From assembly GCA_903889905.1 (NCBI GenBank), contig CAISZI010000058.1:6160-70159 (forward strand): DNA of 64,000 nt, read 5' to 3'. The notes beneath the pieces were generated by a model, which saw nothing but the letters and a program-made list of their open reading frames with translations, ran no database searches and was not told where the DNA came from. Made by a program: the position numbers and the translations under genes. Each line of letters opens with the position of its first letter. Position 1 is the first letter of the stretch. Shown here in pieces: positions 49,089 through 59,060 of this stretch. This DNA is from Candidatus Wirthbacteria bacterium (GTDB lineage: Bacteria > Patescibacteriota > CG2-30-54-11).

Positions 49089-50183
49089 TTATCTGAATTT
49101 CAATTCTGCGTCCTGAATGAGTGGCTGCACTCGAGGAAAACGGTCGATCACTTCCTGCACCTGCGCCAGTTTTCCCAAGCCTGTCTGTGCGCCAAATTCC
49201 TGCACCACACGTGAGGCATTGGCATTGGCCATTTTGAGCGCATCAACCACATTTTTATTCATGATCTGGGCAGCGACAAAAGTAGCAGCAAAGGCATCGC
49301 CCGCACCCAAGGTGTCTACCGTGTTGGAAGGATACGGCGGCATCCAGTAAAACTGCTTGCCATCATAAACCTGGGAACCTTTGAGACCTTCGGTAATGAC
49401 CACGGTTTTGGGGCCATGTTCGGCGATCATTTTCATCAAATCGCGGACGTCGCTGATCCAGGGCTCACCTCTCAGCGTATCGGCAGCGGCAACATTATCC
49501 ACAAAGCGATGCTTAGCCTGTCGCCCGGTCAGGCGTTCCGCTTCACGATTGTTCATGATGATGATGTCAGTGATCTCGAGTAACGGGTGTAATCCACCCA
49601 GGCCTAATTTGAGCTGCGACGGTCCGGGATTGCAGGCGATGCGGATATTGTTTTGCTTGGCTGATTCAAACATACAGGCCATACTTTTATGGGTCTCATT
49701 GTTGATCGAAGGCAGATAAAACCATTTGGCGCGGTTTAAGTCAGTGGCCAGCTGCGGCGTAATACAAATCGCATCATTGGAACCGCGGAAGCTGAATACC
49801 GTACGGTCGCCTTCAAAGCTGTTGATGATCACCGACATGCCGGTTTTTTTGCCCGTGACACGTTGCATATAGTCAGTCCGTACACCTTCGGACTTAAGGT
49901 TCATCATGATGTGCCGGCCTTCTTCGTCCTGGCCGACACAACCGACAAACGCCGCCTGTAACCCAAGCCGGGCAAAAGCCACCGCGGTATTGTTGCCACC
50001 ACCACCGGGAAGATAAAGCATGTCGTCAAGGTAAACTTTTTTACCATATTCAAAAGCCAGATATTCCATGTCGTAATCGCGTTCGCGAATCGAAATAATA
50101 CGGCTGTCATCAGTACGGATAAACACATCCCACGCTGCCCCGCCAATGGTAATCACATCCAGATCAAACGTTTTGTTTTCCAT
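49089..50183 (-). CDS. PfkB-family carbohydrate kinase
   Basis: GGGGNNTAVAFARLG, NNREA, DTLGAGDAF. Confidence 0.92.
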   Translation of the reverse strand: MENKTFDLDVITIGGAAWDVFIRTDDSRIISIRERDYDMEYLAFEYGKKVYLDDMLYLPGGGGNNTAVAFARLGLQAAFVGCVGQDEEGRHIMMNLKSEGVRTDYMQRVTGKKTGMSVIINSFEGDRTVFSFRGSNDAICITPQLATDLNRAKWFYLPSINNETHKSMACMFESAKQNNIRIACNPGPSQLKLGLGGLHPLLEITDIIIMNNREAERLTGRQAKHRFVDNVAAADTLRGEPWISDVRDLMKMIAEHGPKTVVITEGLKGSQVYDGKQFYWMPPYPSNTVDTLGAGDAFAATFVAAQIMNKNVVDALKMANANASRVVQEFGAQTGLGKLAQVQEVIDRFPRVQPLIQDAELKFR

Positions 50184-50191
50184 AAAAACTC

Positions 50192-50536
50192 CTAATGGCT
50201 AACCGCTGCGGAGATCCAATCGAGATAGTCTTGCTTGCCGACCGCAATTTCCCAGGCAATGATATCCGGCAGCGCATACGGGTGCATAGCCACGATGGCT
50301 TGTTCCACGTTGGTAAAGAGACGCGCTTCGGTTTTGGCCAACACCAGATATTCACGAGCGCATTGCACTTTCTCCTCCCACCAGTAAAAAGAAGTGAGCC
50401 GCGGGATCACCTGCGCGCACGCAACCAGTTTCTGGCGCACCAGTTGTTTGGCAATGTGTTTGGCTACCTTGCTCGAATCCACCGCCGTTTGCACGACAAT
50501 GTATTGGCTTGATTTCACTGTTTTTATTTCTGGCAT
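50192..50536 (-). CDS. cutA: Divalent-cation tolerance protein CutA
   Basis: LVACAQ, SFYWW, HPYALPDII, YLDW. Confidence 0.9.
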   Translation of the reverse strand: MPEIKTVKSSQYIVVQTAVDSSKVAKHIAKQLVRQKLVACAQVIPRLTSFYWWEEKVQCAREYLVLAKTEARLFTNVEQAIVAMHPYALPDIIAWEIAVGKQDYLDWISAAVSH

Positions 50537-50549
50537 GTTTAGGGTTGAC

Positions 50550-51164
50550 CTATTCTTCGACTTTAAGCCAAGTCATCACTGGTAATTCAGGGATATCGCG
50601 ATTGGTCAATTTGAGTTGATCCACTTCCTGCTGATTTGCCATACCGACCAGTTTACCAAAGGCTTCGTGGTCAATGGTTCCTTCCAACGGAAGCAAAGGT
50701 AAGAGTACTTTGGGTTTGAGTTTGCGGATCCAGTCAGCGGTGCATTTCTGCCTGTCGGCATCCATTGAGATTTGCACACTCAGCACATCCACAGGCAGAA
50801 TTTGCTCCAGCAGTTCTTCCTCAATGGCGCAGTCGACTGGCCCGAGGTGACCCACCACGATTTCATCCATGTTGAGCGTATAAAACGTCGTGTGCCGCGA
50901 AGCAGCTTCGGTAACCGGAGTAACCAGGTCAAAGCCATGGATAAAGGTACCACTCACCTCATACTCGCCGGGATGGGCAAAATACCTGCCCGTCTGATTG
51001 TCCATGGCCTGCAGCAACGAGGCATCATTTTGCTGGCTGACCAGGATGACATCAGCTTCCCAGCCTTTTTTGGACTTCTTCCCACTCAAATATGGATCCA
51101 GCACAATGTTCACGCTGCGATTTTTGAGGCGCAGGGCTCCCCCGCCCAAATTTTGAATTTGCAT
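50550..51164 (-). CDS. Metallo-beta-lactamase-fold protein, degenerate metal site
   Basis: LDPY, ADVILVS, PGEYEV, HLG, VDVL pattern; HxHxDH replaced by QQNDAS. Confidence 0.7.
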   Translation of the reverse strand: MQIQNLGGGALRLKNRSVNIVLDPYLSGKKSKKGWEADVILVSQQNDASLLQAMDNQTGRYFAHPGEYEVSGTFIHGFDLVTPVTEAASRHTTFYTLNMDEIVVGHLGPVDCAIEEELLEQILPVDVLSVQISMDADRQKCTADWIRKLKPKVLLPLLPLEGTIDHEAFGKLVGMANQQEVDQLKLTNRDIPELPVMTWLKVEE

Positions 51165-51320
51165 CTTGACCTTTGCTAATGCATAAAAACACTCACCGCA
51201 AATTTACCCAAAACCGCTCCTAAACACAAGCGCTAACATAAACAACCGTTTCCTTGCGAGCACAAACCGCTATCCCAAGCCAAAGTCTGGCCAATTGAAT
51301 TCCCCTTCACTACTTTAGCT

Positions 51321-51349
51321 TTGACGCTGCCAAAAATCACTGTTATAAT
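51321..51349 (+). promoter_or_regulatory. Near-consensus sigma70 promoter
   Basis: TTGACG-17 nt-TATAAT with extended -10 TG. Confidence 0.7.
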
Positions 51350-51398
51350 TAAACATCACACCGCAACCAAAACAAAAATCACAACCCAAAGGAAATAG

Positions 51399-51782
51399 AT
51401 GCACGTTGCCAAAACACTTCGGGACATCAGGATCAGCGCCCCTAATCGACAGACTGCCGCGTCTCAAAAACTGCATTACACGAGCTTTGTGATTAATGAA
51501 ATCAAATCACCGCAGGATATTAAAATCGACCGTCAACTGCAGGCAATCTTTAACCGCCTGAACCAGAGCTATTCCACCTCCATCAATACGCCACACACAG
51601 CCTTCCTCAAACAGCAGATTGATGACTTTTTGCACCTCAGCCAGACGGTTTTCCTCTATACCAAGCCCGAAGGTGAAGCCAAAACGCGCCTCAAACACCC
51701 ATACGAAGACGAAGCGACCTTTGCCCTCTCACCCGAGGATGTCAAAGTGTCCATTCCGATCAACATTACACCGCACTCATGA
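51399..51782 (+). CDS. Hypothetical protein
   Basis: 127-aa ORF between a consensus promoter and a terminator; AGGA upstream. Confidence 0.6.
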   Translation: MHVAKTLRDIRISAPNRQTAASQKLHYTSFVINEIKSPQDIKIDRQLQAIFNRLNQSYSTSINTPHTAFLKQQIDDFLHLSQTVFLYTKPEGEAKTRLKHPYEDEATFALSPEDVKVSIPINITPHS

Positions 51783-51788
51783 ATCATC

Positions 51789-51816
51789 AAAAAAGTCTCC
51801 CTGAGGAGACTTTTTT
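51789..51816. terminator. Bidirectional rho-independent terminator
   Basis: AAAAAA-GTCTCC ctga GGAGAC-TTTTTT between convergent genes. Confidence 0.85.
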
Positions 51817-52873
51817 AGTCGGTTTCAAATCGCAGGATTGGTTTGAGTGGCTGGCGCTCTGGCCGGTCATAGGCTGTTTCTCTAACTGGCATCTGCTCGA
51901 TCTGCTTGATCGTGACGGGTGCCGGGGTGATATTGGTACCACCTAAGGCAAGGGGTTTGTTGATGGGGACGGTTTTGCTTTGCGGCGGCGCAAAGCCCAA
52001 GGCTTCAATCTGAATCACTTTGTGTGGGGAAACGATGTTGTTGCTGACTTCCTTGATGCGGATATGCCGCGTGGCTGGGCTGTTGGATGAGGTATAAGCA
52101 GGCATGTGCAGAGCTGATTTACCTGCCATCTGGCCAAGAACGGAACCAATCGACGCAAATGGAGTACGAATGTCCACTCGCTCCGGACGTCGCGATTTGT
52201 CAATTTTGAGTACGCGGCGGGCGCGTTCGGCTGGAGATTCTGAGGCCGGTGGTTCCTGATAATCAATGAAAGGTATCATTTCCTCGGCCAGGACATCTTC
52301 GGACACAGGCAAATGAAACGCTTTGTGTTCGGGAACAGGCATAATTTTGGGCGCAAATACCGCTTTGGGAATTGCGGGAGTGTCCACGCGGACGGCTAAT
52401 GGCATAACAGGTTGTGTGGCCAGAACGTCAAGCAACGGTTCATCAAAAGCAATGCCAGAATCCGGGGTAAAAGTTGCCGTCCCCTCCATCACAGAGGTGT
52501 CTGTATCAGCCACTGCCGGTGCATCCATTGTTGTGAGTTCTGACATCTCCGCTCCACACACCGAACAAAAACGGCTACCGGGTTCATTGGCAGACTGGCA
52601 ATACGAACAACGCAAAATATCAGTCAGCCTGACAGGAGCAGTCGAAAAAACCGCTGGCTCGCTCAACTGCGGAGCGCTCTCCCCCTGCTTGGGTGTCTCA
52701 GATTGAAAAAACGGACGACAAAGTTCACTCAGTTCGACATCCGCAATCTGTCCGCCCTCATACAATTCAAAAACACGATCCGCAATCGCGTCTTTCAGTT
52801 CACCAAATGATATCCGCTCAGCTGCGGGAATGTTGATGTCTTTTTTGATGCCAAAAAACTTATTCAAAAACAT
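51815..52873 (-). CDS. Hypothetical zinc-ribbon protein with long Pro-rich tail
   Basis: CSYC..N..RFCSVCG; remainder is low complexity. Confidence 0.7.
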   Translation of the reverse strand: MFLNKFFGIKKDINIPAAERISFGELKDAIADRVFELYEGGQIADVELSELCRPFFQSETPKQGESAPQLSEPAVFSTAPVRLTDILRCSYCQSANEPGSRFCSVCGAEMSELTTMDAPAVADTDTSVMEGTATFTPDSGIAFDEPLLDVLATQPVMPLAVRVDTPAIPKAVFAPKIMPVPEHKAFHLPVSEDVLAEEMIPFIDYQEPPASESPAERARRVLKIDKSRRPERVDIRTPFASIGSVLGQMAGKSALHMPAYTSSNSPATRHIRIKEVSNNIVSPHKVIQIEALGFAPPQSKTVPINKPLALGGTNITPAPVTIKQIEQMPVRETAYDRPERQPLKPILRFETD

Positions 52874-52895
52874 GGTTTTGCTTCCATTTTTAAAA

Positions 52896-53047
52896 CTCCT
52901 CCCATACCGTGTCAGGAAGACCCGTTGATCCCTAATATCTAGGTGGGAACCCGCACTACTCCGCCACGGCGGGGCAGGATATAAGGCAATCCCAAGATCA
53001 ATGGTGTTGGAAAAAACGAATTCCTAGATCACGCGTATAAAAGGAGC
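52896..53047 (-). ncRNA. ssrS: Probable 6S RNA
   Basis: Rod-like fold: terminal stem CTCC..ATAC..GTG/CAC..GTAT..GGAG, TAGGAA/TTCCTG, central bubble, TGGGA/TCCCA apical stem; CCCACCT..AGGGATCAA resembles the 6S 3' motif; own promoter gives a predicted start near 53047. Confidence 0.65.
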
Positions 53048-53053
53048 AGCGAC

Positions 53054-53082
53054 ACTATAGCACAGGGTAATTAGGCAGGCAA
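53054..53082 (-). promoter_or_regulatory. Sigma70 promoter of the putative 6S RNA
   Basis: TTGCCT-17 nt-TATAGT with extended -10 TG. Confidence 0.65.
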
Positions 53083-53095
53083 TTACTTTCCCAGC

Positions 53096-53716
53096 CTAAA
53101 AACCCACGACAATTTTCCAAAACCAATTGAGGACAAAGTTGGCAATATACGGGAACACAAACAACGCAATCACATACATCACAATCATCTGACTTTGGAT
53201 GTTGCTGCGGGCCAGATTGAAGGCAGTTTTGGAAGGCAAAAAACCCATGGCAATTTTAAACCCATCGAGCGGGCCAAAGGGAAGCAAATTAAAAACCATC
53301 AAGCCTACATTAAGACTGACAAAAACCAAAGCCAAGTCTGGAAACAAAGAATTGGCCGGGAATAATCTAAAACGCAACAGCAGACCAAAAAAAATCGCCA
53401 ACAGGAAATTGGAGGCAGGCCCAGCCAGACTGACCCAGGCAACACCCCGACGCCCACCCTTGATTTGCGTGGGATTGATAGGGACCGGTTTACCCCAACC
53501 AAACCCAGTCAGCAGCAACAAAATCGATCCAACCGGATCCAGATGCGCAGCAGGATTAATGGTTAGTCGTCCCAGCATGCGTGGCGTTGGGTCGCCCAGA
53601 CGCGTTGCTACCAGGGCATGCGCAAATTCGTGGATACTGAGAGAAACAATCAGTGCCACTAAACCAAACACAAATTCAATCTGTGTTATGTTTCCCTGTA
53701 AAAACTGCAGCAGCAC
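53096..53716 (-). CDS. Site-2 protease (M50 family)
   Basis: HEFAH, GRLTINP, WGKPVP, AGPASN, FNLLPFGPLDG. Confidence 0.92.
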   Translation of the reverse strand: MLLQFLQGNITQIEFVFGLVALIVSLSIHEFAHALVATRLGDPTPRMLGRLTINPAAHLDPVGSILLLLTGFGWGKPVPINPTQIKGGRRGVAWVSLAGPASNFLLAIFFGLLLRFRLFPANSLFPDLALVFVSLNVGLMVFNLLPFGPLDGFKIAMGFLPSKTAFNLARSNIQSQMIVMYVIALFVFPYIANFVLNWFWKIVVGF

Positions 53717-53737
53717 ATGTGCCTCGCCCTTAAGAAA

Positions 53738-53911
53738 CTAAAGGGATTTGAGGCAGGAGGTGCAGACTTTAATGCGTTGTTTGGTGCCGCCGATCATGAC
53801 GGTTTTGGACTGCAGGTTGGGCATGCAGACTTTCTTGGTTTTATGTTTGCTGTGGGGGACATTCAACCCGACTTGTTTGCCCTTGCCGCAGACATCACAG
53901 ACTCTCGACAT
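53738..53911 (-). CDS. rpmB: 50S ribosomal protein L28 (Cys/Zn type), absent from the ORF track
   Basis: [36 protein letters not shown]...VCTSCLKSL; AGGAG RBS. Confidence 0.93.
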   Translation of the reverse strand: MSRVCDVCGKGKQVGLNVPHSKHKTKKVCMPNLQSKTVMIGGTKQRIKVCTSCLKSL

Positions 53912-53956
53912 CGGATGCTCCTAAATAACCAGTTTGATACAATTTGAGATATTACC

Positions 53957-55240
53957 CTAAAATCCAAATTTTTGCCAGAACGAATCTAACATTGACCGAA
54001 ATTCCCTGCCCCATTCCAGGTCCACCGGGGTCAGGAGTGAAGCATGTGAAGCAGGTTTGCGACCTCGCAGTTCGTTTTCCCACTGGTCGCGGATTGCCGC
54101 AATGGCGGGATGAATGCCAAATTGAACGACCGTTTCGACAACTTCACCTGTGCCATCAACTCCAGGTTTGACAATATCGAGCTGGCCGATCGGAGCCACG
54201 CGGGCGGCATTCCCCGCATAAGCCAAGCCTACCACTTTACCGGCGCGCAAATCAGCCAGGGTGATGTCCGCTTCCAGGGTTTTGAGGCCCAAGGCCGGAG
54301 CAAGATGATCGATCAAATACTGCAACACGGTTCCACCCAGACGATTGACACGCATGGGTGGGTAAACCAGTGTTTCACCATCGCTGAGAATGCCAAAGAT
54401 TTCCTCACCAGGCCCGTCAGCCAAGACGCCATCACGGATCAAATCATCAAAATCTGACAGTCCGTAAACCACTTCCCCATCGCGGATGCCATAAGGAGCG
54501 AGATAAACCAATTCGTCATAATGTAATTGGTGCGCCACGTTGCCATCAAACGCTGCATTGCCATAGTTGGAGGCATGCTTGCCACGTACTGCAAACATGC
54601 GTTGCACACCGGTAATGGCACAGCGGGCGCCACTGCCAGAATAAACGCGGTCGACGTCCGGCAGGTAATGTCCCCAGCGAAAGATGATCGTGCTGGCTTC
54701 GACACGGTGCCCGGCGCTGTGTGCTACCCCCCATTTACCGACACCAGGGCCGGCAGCAGGACGGATATAGGCACGCGTTGCCGAGCCATCATCAGCCGTG
54801 ACAACATCAAGGCCGTGTAAAGCCGTGATGTCCAAAATCGCCTGGCCAAACTGTTCCAGCGGCACAGGCAGGTCAAAGTTGCGCGCCTGCATGGAACGAC
54901 GGAACCGTTTGAGACGAGGCTCCTGCAGGACGACGTTAACACCCGTTATTTTGCCATTGCCATCAACAGTGGGTTCGGCACTGCTGCCTTCAAAAATGCC
55001 AGTCGCGTAATCGCCACGATGCTGCTGGTTGGGTGCCATATTGAGCAGTGACGTGGGTGGACAAACCACCATCTGCGCCGGGTCCAAAGGATTGAGACGC
55101 GCCACATAACGGGCACGATCCCAGCCGGTGGTAATGATTTGACGAAACGTCTGCTGAACTTGACTGGTTGTCTCACTCCAGCTGTTCAAACCATTTAAGT
55201 ATTGCGCACGCCAATCTTGCAGTTGCGTTGGATCAGACAT
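53957..55240 (-). CDS. PLP-dependent aminotransferase class IV (IlvE-like), divergent
   Basis: YATGIFEG, RFRRS, AYIRP, GKHASNY, ADGPGEEIF, LGGT, GNAARVAPI. Confidence 0.75.
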   Translation of the reverse strand: MSDPTQLQDWRAQYLNGLNSWSETTSQVQQTFRQIITTGWDRARYVARLNPLDPAQMVVCPPTSLLNMAPNQQHRGDYATGIFEGSSAEPTVDGNGKITGVNVVLQEPRLKRFRRSMQARNFDLPVPLEQFGQAILDITALHGLDVVTADDGSATRAYIRPAAGPGVGKWGVAHSAGHRVEASTIIFRWGHYLPDVDRVYSGSGARCAITGVQRMFAVRGKHASNYGNAAFDGNVAHQLHYDELVYLAPYGIRDGEVVYGLSDFDDLIRDGVLADGPGEEIFGILSDGETLVYPPMRVNRLGGTVLQYLIDHLAPALGLKTLEADITLADLRAGKVVGLAYAGNAARVAPIGQLDIVKPGVDGTGEVVETVVQFGIHPAIAAIRDQWENELRGRKPASHASLLTPVDLEWGREFRSMLDSFWQKFGF

Positions 55241-55292
55241 GGAATCTCCTCATAATTTGACCGCTTCAGTCTAGGGACAATACTTACACTCG

Positions 55293-56036
55293 TCAAGGAA
55301 TTTGTCGTTTAACCAACCTGACGGCAAGCAGACGCGGGATATGGTTAACCTGTTGATAACCGGGCATTTGCTGCAGCAGAGCATCAGGATAACTTGGTTC
55401 GCGCAGTTCCTGCAATTGAAAACCCGCGGCACCAAAACTGGTCAGATAATCAGCCAACGTCCGGTGGTAAATGGTTTCCGTGGCTTGTCCACGCATAATC
55501 TTCTGTTGGATGGCTACCCGATCAAAGTAGCTCGCTGTCGCGACAAATGGGCCTGTCGAACTCGCTTCACCGGGGCGATGGAAGTACGCTTCATAAAACG
55601 GATGCTGCCAAGCCAACACGGCAGTACCATCAGGCTTGAGCACACGGGCAAACTCACGCAGACAACTATCCAAGGAGGGTAAATATTGCAGTACAAGACT
55701 CGACAAAATCCGATCAAAACTGCTGTCAGCGAAAGGAAGAGATAGCGACAAGTCGGCCTGCACAAAACGAATGTGGCCGGGATTGACTTGAGCGGCAGCA
55801 ATGCCAATTAAGGTAGCGCTGGCATCCATTGCTACGACCTGTTTGGCTGTCAAAGCCAGTCGCCTGCTCCAATAGCCATTGCCGCAGCCAGCATCAAGCA
55901 GCGCTAAGCCCTGATAATCACCCAGCAGTTCCTGTAAACAGGGATCCACCACAAACTGCCGCAACGCGTCGCCGCTTTCGCCCTCAAAATCGTGGTAAAG
56001 CTGAGCGATTGCGTCCCAGGGATTGACCGTTTCCAT
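55293..56036 (-). CDS. Class I SAM-dependent methyltransferase
   Basis: LLDAGCGNG, LPFADSSFD, RVLKPDG, YHRTL. Confidence 0.9.
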   Translation of the reverse strand: METVNPWDAIAQLYHDFEGESGDALRQFVVDPCLQELLGDYQGLALLDAGCGNGYWSRRLALTAKQVVAMDASATLIGIAAAQVNPGHIRFVQADLSLSLPFADSSFDRILSSLVLQYLPSLDSCLREFARVLKPDGTAVLAWQHPFYEAYFHRPGEASSTGPFVATASYFDRVAIQQKIMRGQATETIYHRTLADYLTSFGAAGFQLQELREPSYPDALLQQMPGYQQVNHIPRLLAVRLVKRQIP

Positions 56037-56056
56037 TTGATGAATCCTGATAAAGA

Positions 56057-56617
56057 TCACCCGACTTTGACAAAAAAATACAGCTCGGTATCGCCATACT
56101 GTTTGCGTTCCCACAGTGTGAGGTTGGCATAGACGGGTTGCTCGACACGCATAAACTTGTCCTTTTCGGCTACCAGCGTGGCATTGGTCGCAAGCAGTGG
56201 CACGAACAGCGGCAAAAAATCCCAGTCAAAATTCCGATAGGGCGGTGTATAAAAAGCCAGTTGATAGTCAGGCGCACCTTTGGCAACCAATTCTGACTCG
56301 CGCCGCACAAATTTTCCGGCATCTTCACTATAAATTTTGGCGCGCTCGATTAATCCGAGTAAGCCAAGATTTTGGCGGATCAAAGCCGTTGCCCGCGAAC
56401 TCAAATCGACAAAGCTGGCGTGACTCGCACCACGGCTGAGCGCTTCAATGCCGACCGCACCCGTACCGGCAAAGCAGTCCAGAACCTTCGCCCCTTCGAC
56501 TTCAGCTCCGAGTATGTCAAACGTCGCGCCACGGGCCTTGTCAGTCATCGGACGCGTGCCTTCGAAATCGGGGGTTTTGAGCTGCCGGCCTTTGAATTCA
56601 CCACTGATGATACGCAT
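56057..56617 (-). CDS. rsmD: 16S rRNA m2G966 methyltransferase
   Basis: MRIISGEFKGR, TRPMTD, LDCFAGTG, EALSRGA, PPY, YGDT. Confidence 0.92.
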   Translation of the reverse strand: MRIISGEFKGRQLKTPDFEGTRPMTDKARGATFDILGAEVEGAKVLDCFAGTGAVGIEALSRGASHASFVDLSSRATALIRQNLGLLGLIERAKIYSEDAGKFVRRESELVAKGAPDYQLAFYTPPYRNFDWDFLPLFVPLLATNATLVAEKDKFMRVEQPVYANLTLWERKQYGDTELYFFVKVG

Positions 56618-56677
56618 GTCCTGTTTCCCTCAAAACGTCGGGGCTCCCCGCGAGGTCAAAATCAATTCACTGGCTGA

Positions 56678-57976
56678 TTACGGTAGATACAACATCGGAT
56701 CAACCAGCGTATAACTGCTGGCTGTCACTTCACGAATCTCAAAATGCAAGTGCGGTCCGGTACAGAAGCCGGAACAACCCATCAGTCCGATTTGCTGCCC
56801 CTGCGCCACATGCTGCCCCATGCTGACACTGATTTCACTCATATGCCCATAAACCGTGACCGCGCCGTCGCCATGGTCGATCATGGCCATGTTGCCATAG
56901 CTGTATTTGCCATAATGCTGGATATTGACCACCGTGCCGGATTTTGGCGCCAGAATCGGAGTGCCGATGCTATTGGCAATATCAATACCAGTATGATAGC
57001 GGTTGTTACCAATTTTCAAAAAAGGATAGGCATTGATCATCCAGTCGGGATAGCTTTGCCAGAAACGCATGGTGATTGTGCCTTTGGTGGGCCAGATGTA
57101 GCCTTTGCGACTGGGGGTGACAGAAGTTGAGGGTGTTTTGCCTGCAGCAATCTGGGCTTGTCGGGCAGCTTCCTGTTTGGCACGGATATCAGCGGCAATT
57201 TTGTCCATGGTGGCATTGATCTGGGCCTGGTCGGATTGCTCGGCCTGAAGGTTGTCCTGCAGCAAGGATTGGTATTTATTTTCCAGTCCCTGAGTTTCGG
57301 CCAGCATGCTTTGTTTGGTGTTTTTCTGGAATTGCAGCTGGAATTCTTTTTGCTGGATATCGGCCTGTAGTTGTTCGACGTTCTTTTTCTTGTCTTCGAG
57401 GGCGGTTTTCTGGTCAAGCAATGTCTGCTTCAGTGTCTGGATGCTGGTCAGGATTTCCTGGTTCTGGTCGTCCACAATCTGGTTGTATTCCAGACGTTTA
57501 ACCATGTCTGACATGCTCTGTGTCTCGGCAATGACGTCAAAGAAACTGGTCTGGCTCATGATATAGGATTCGTTGATGTTGTCTTTGAACATCAGCACCT
57601 GTGCATCGAGTTTGGTCTGGGTGTCGGCAATCTGTTTGGTGACGTCAGCGATGTCGCTATTGACCTGGTCGAGTTGAACCTGCGCCAGATTCATTTCCTG
57701 CTGCGTGTCCGTCATTTCGGCATCGAGCAGATTGGCCTGGTCCTTAAGCGTCTTGGCCTGTGACTGCAACTGCTTGATTTTGAGCTTTTGGTCAGCAATC
57801 TGACTTTGCAGCAGCAGGATTTCTTTTTTCTTGTTGTTGATCGTCTGGTTACTGTTGATCGCATCCGTGATCTCATCCGCCTTGGCCGGACCCAAATTGG
57901 TCATCAAAGCGGTGGCAATGATGACGAGTCCCAGCAGACGCAAAAAGCTGAATTTGATTTTAGGTTTACGGATCAA
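56678..57976 (-). CDS. Coiled-coil M23 peptidase (EnvC/CwlO-like FtsEX partner)
   Basis: Signal peptide, long coiled coil, HTGID, YGH, GPHLHFE. Confidence 0.9.
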   Translation of the reverse strand: MIRKPKIKFSFLRLLGLVIIATALMTNLGPAKADEITDAINSNQTINNKKKEILLLQSQIADQKLKIKQLQSQAKTLKDQANLLDAEMTDTQQEMNLAQVQLDQVNSDIADVTKQIADTQTKLDAQVLMFKDNINESYIMSQTSFFDVIAETQSMSDMVKRLEYNQIVDDQNQEILTSIQTLKQTLLDQKTALEDKKKNVEQLQADIQQKEFQLQFQKNTKQSMLAETQGLENKYQSLLQDNLQAEQSDQAQINATMDKIAADIRAKQEAARQAQIAAGKTPSTSVTPSRKGYIWPTKGTITMRFWQSYPDWMINAYPFLKIGNNRYHTGIDIANSIGTPILAPKSGTVVNIQHYGKYSYGNMAMIDHGDGAVTVYGHMSEISVSMGQHVAQGQQIGLMGCSGFCTGPHLHFEIREVTASSYTLVDPMLYLP

Positions 57977-58026
57977 AGTATCCCTTTTATCATGGTCAAC
58001 TCAAGTATAACACAGCCATATGGAGA

Positions 58027-58917
58027 CTACTTGCCGATGTGCTGGCGGATCGCCACCCAGGCACTGACGGCGCCCAGCGCGGCACCCAGTACGATTTGAT
58101 ACAATCCGGACCGGATCGCCGCAAACAGACCGAAGTCGGGTTTGGGAATTTTAAAGAGGTAGCTCAAATCGATCAGTTGCGTGGAAAAATGGGCAAAGAC
58201 AAAGTAAAGCACCACGGTGGACAAAATCGCCGCAATGGCGCCATCATAAACCGCTTCGATGATAAACGGCCCGCGCACAAACCAGTCTGTGGCCCCTACC
58301 AGCTGCATAATTTCAATTTCATGCCGGCGCGTATAAATCGCCAGCCGCACGGTGTTGAGCACGACCAGAAACGCGATGATGGCGAGGAAAACCAGCAGTG
58401 TCATGCCCACTTGTTGCAGCAGTTGTGTGCCGCGATTAATCGCATCCACGGTTTGTTTGGAGTATTTTATTTTCTTCACCAGCGGATTGTTTTCCACCGA
58501 ATGGGCGACGCTGTCGAGTGAGGCTGGCGTGCTGGTTTTGATATCCAGACTGGCACTAAAGGGGTTGCCGTAATCCTGCAACGTGGCTTTGGTGCCAGGC
58601 TTTTGCTGGTCGTAGATCTCAAGCGCCTGTTCCTTGGACGTGTAGGCCGTGTCTTTGACCAGAGCATTGTGCGTCAACGTATCGCGAAATTGCAGAATCT
58701 GGTCTTCGGGCGCGTCGGATTTGAAGAAGATGGTGAAATCCACTTTGTCGCCAATTGATTGGATGGCGCTATTAAAACTGGTCCCAAAGATGATAAACAC
58801 GTTCATCGTCAAAAAAACCAGAAACATGACCGAAATGGCCGTAATCGTCAGCCATCCGTTGCGCCACATGCTGGTGAGTGACATTTTGAGTACCCGCCAC
58901 AGACTCGTCCAAAGCAT
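58027..58917 (-). CDS. ftsX: Cell division permease FtsX
   Basis: WRNGWL, SKEQAL, NTVRLAIYTRRHEIEIMQLVGAT..RGPFIIE. Confidence 0.93.
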   Translation of the reverse strand: MLWTSLWRVLKMSLTSMWRNGWLTITAISVMFLVFLTMNVFIIFGTSFNSAIQSIGDKVDFTIFFKSDAPEDQILQFRDTLTHNALVKDTAYTSKEQALEIYDQQKPGTKATLQDYGNPFSASLDIKTSTPASLDSVAHSVENNPLVKKIKYSKQTVDAINRGTQLLQQVGMTLLVFLAIIAFLVVLNTVRLAIYTRRHEIEIMQLVGATDWFVRGPFIIEAVYDGAIAAILSTVVLYFVFAHFSTQLIDLSYLFKIPKPDFGLFAAIRSGLYQIVLGAALGAVSAWVAIRQHIGK

Positions 58918-58947
58918 AGTATTCCTCAAGTGAATTGCAATTAGGTT

Positions 58948-59055
58948 GTCATGCTGAACGGAGAGAAGCATCCTTACTACTACCCACACAAACCTGTTAA
59001 CCCACCAACCATTTCATCTGTAGTAAGGATTCTTCGGCTTCTGCCTCAGAATGAC
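58948..59055. repeat. Long imperfect palindrome (GTCAT...ATGAC type)
   Basis: GTCATGCTGA..GAAGCATCCTTACTAC / GTAGTAAGGATTCTTC..TCAGAATGAC between ftsE and ftsX. Confidence 0.7.
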
Positions 59056-59060
59056 GGATC

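Noticed and set aside
53717-53947. 76-aa plus-strand ORF
   Set aside because: Antisense to the real rpmB gene.
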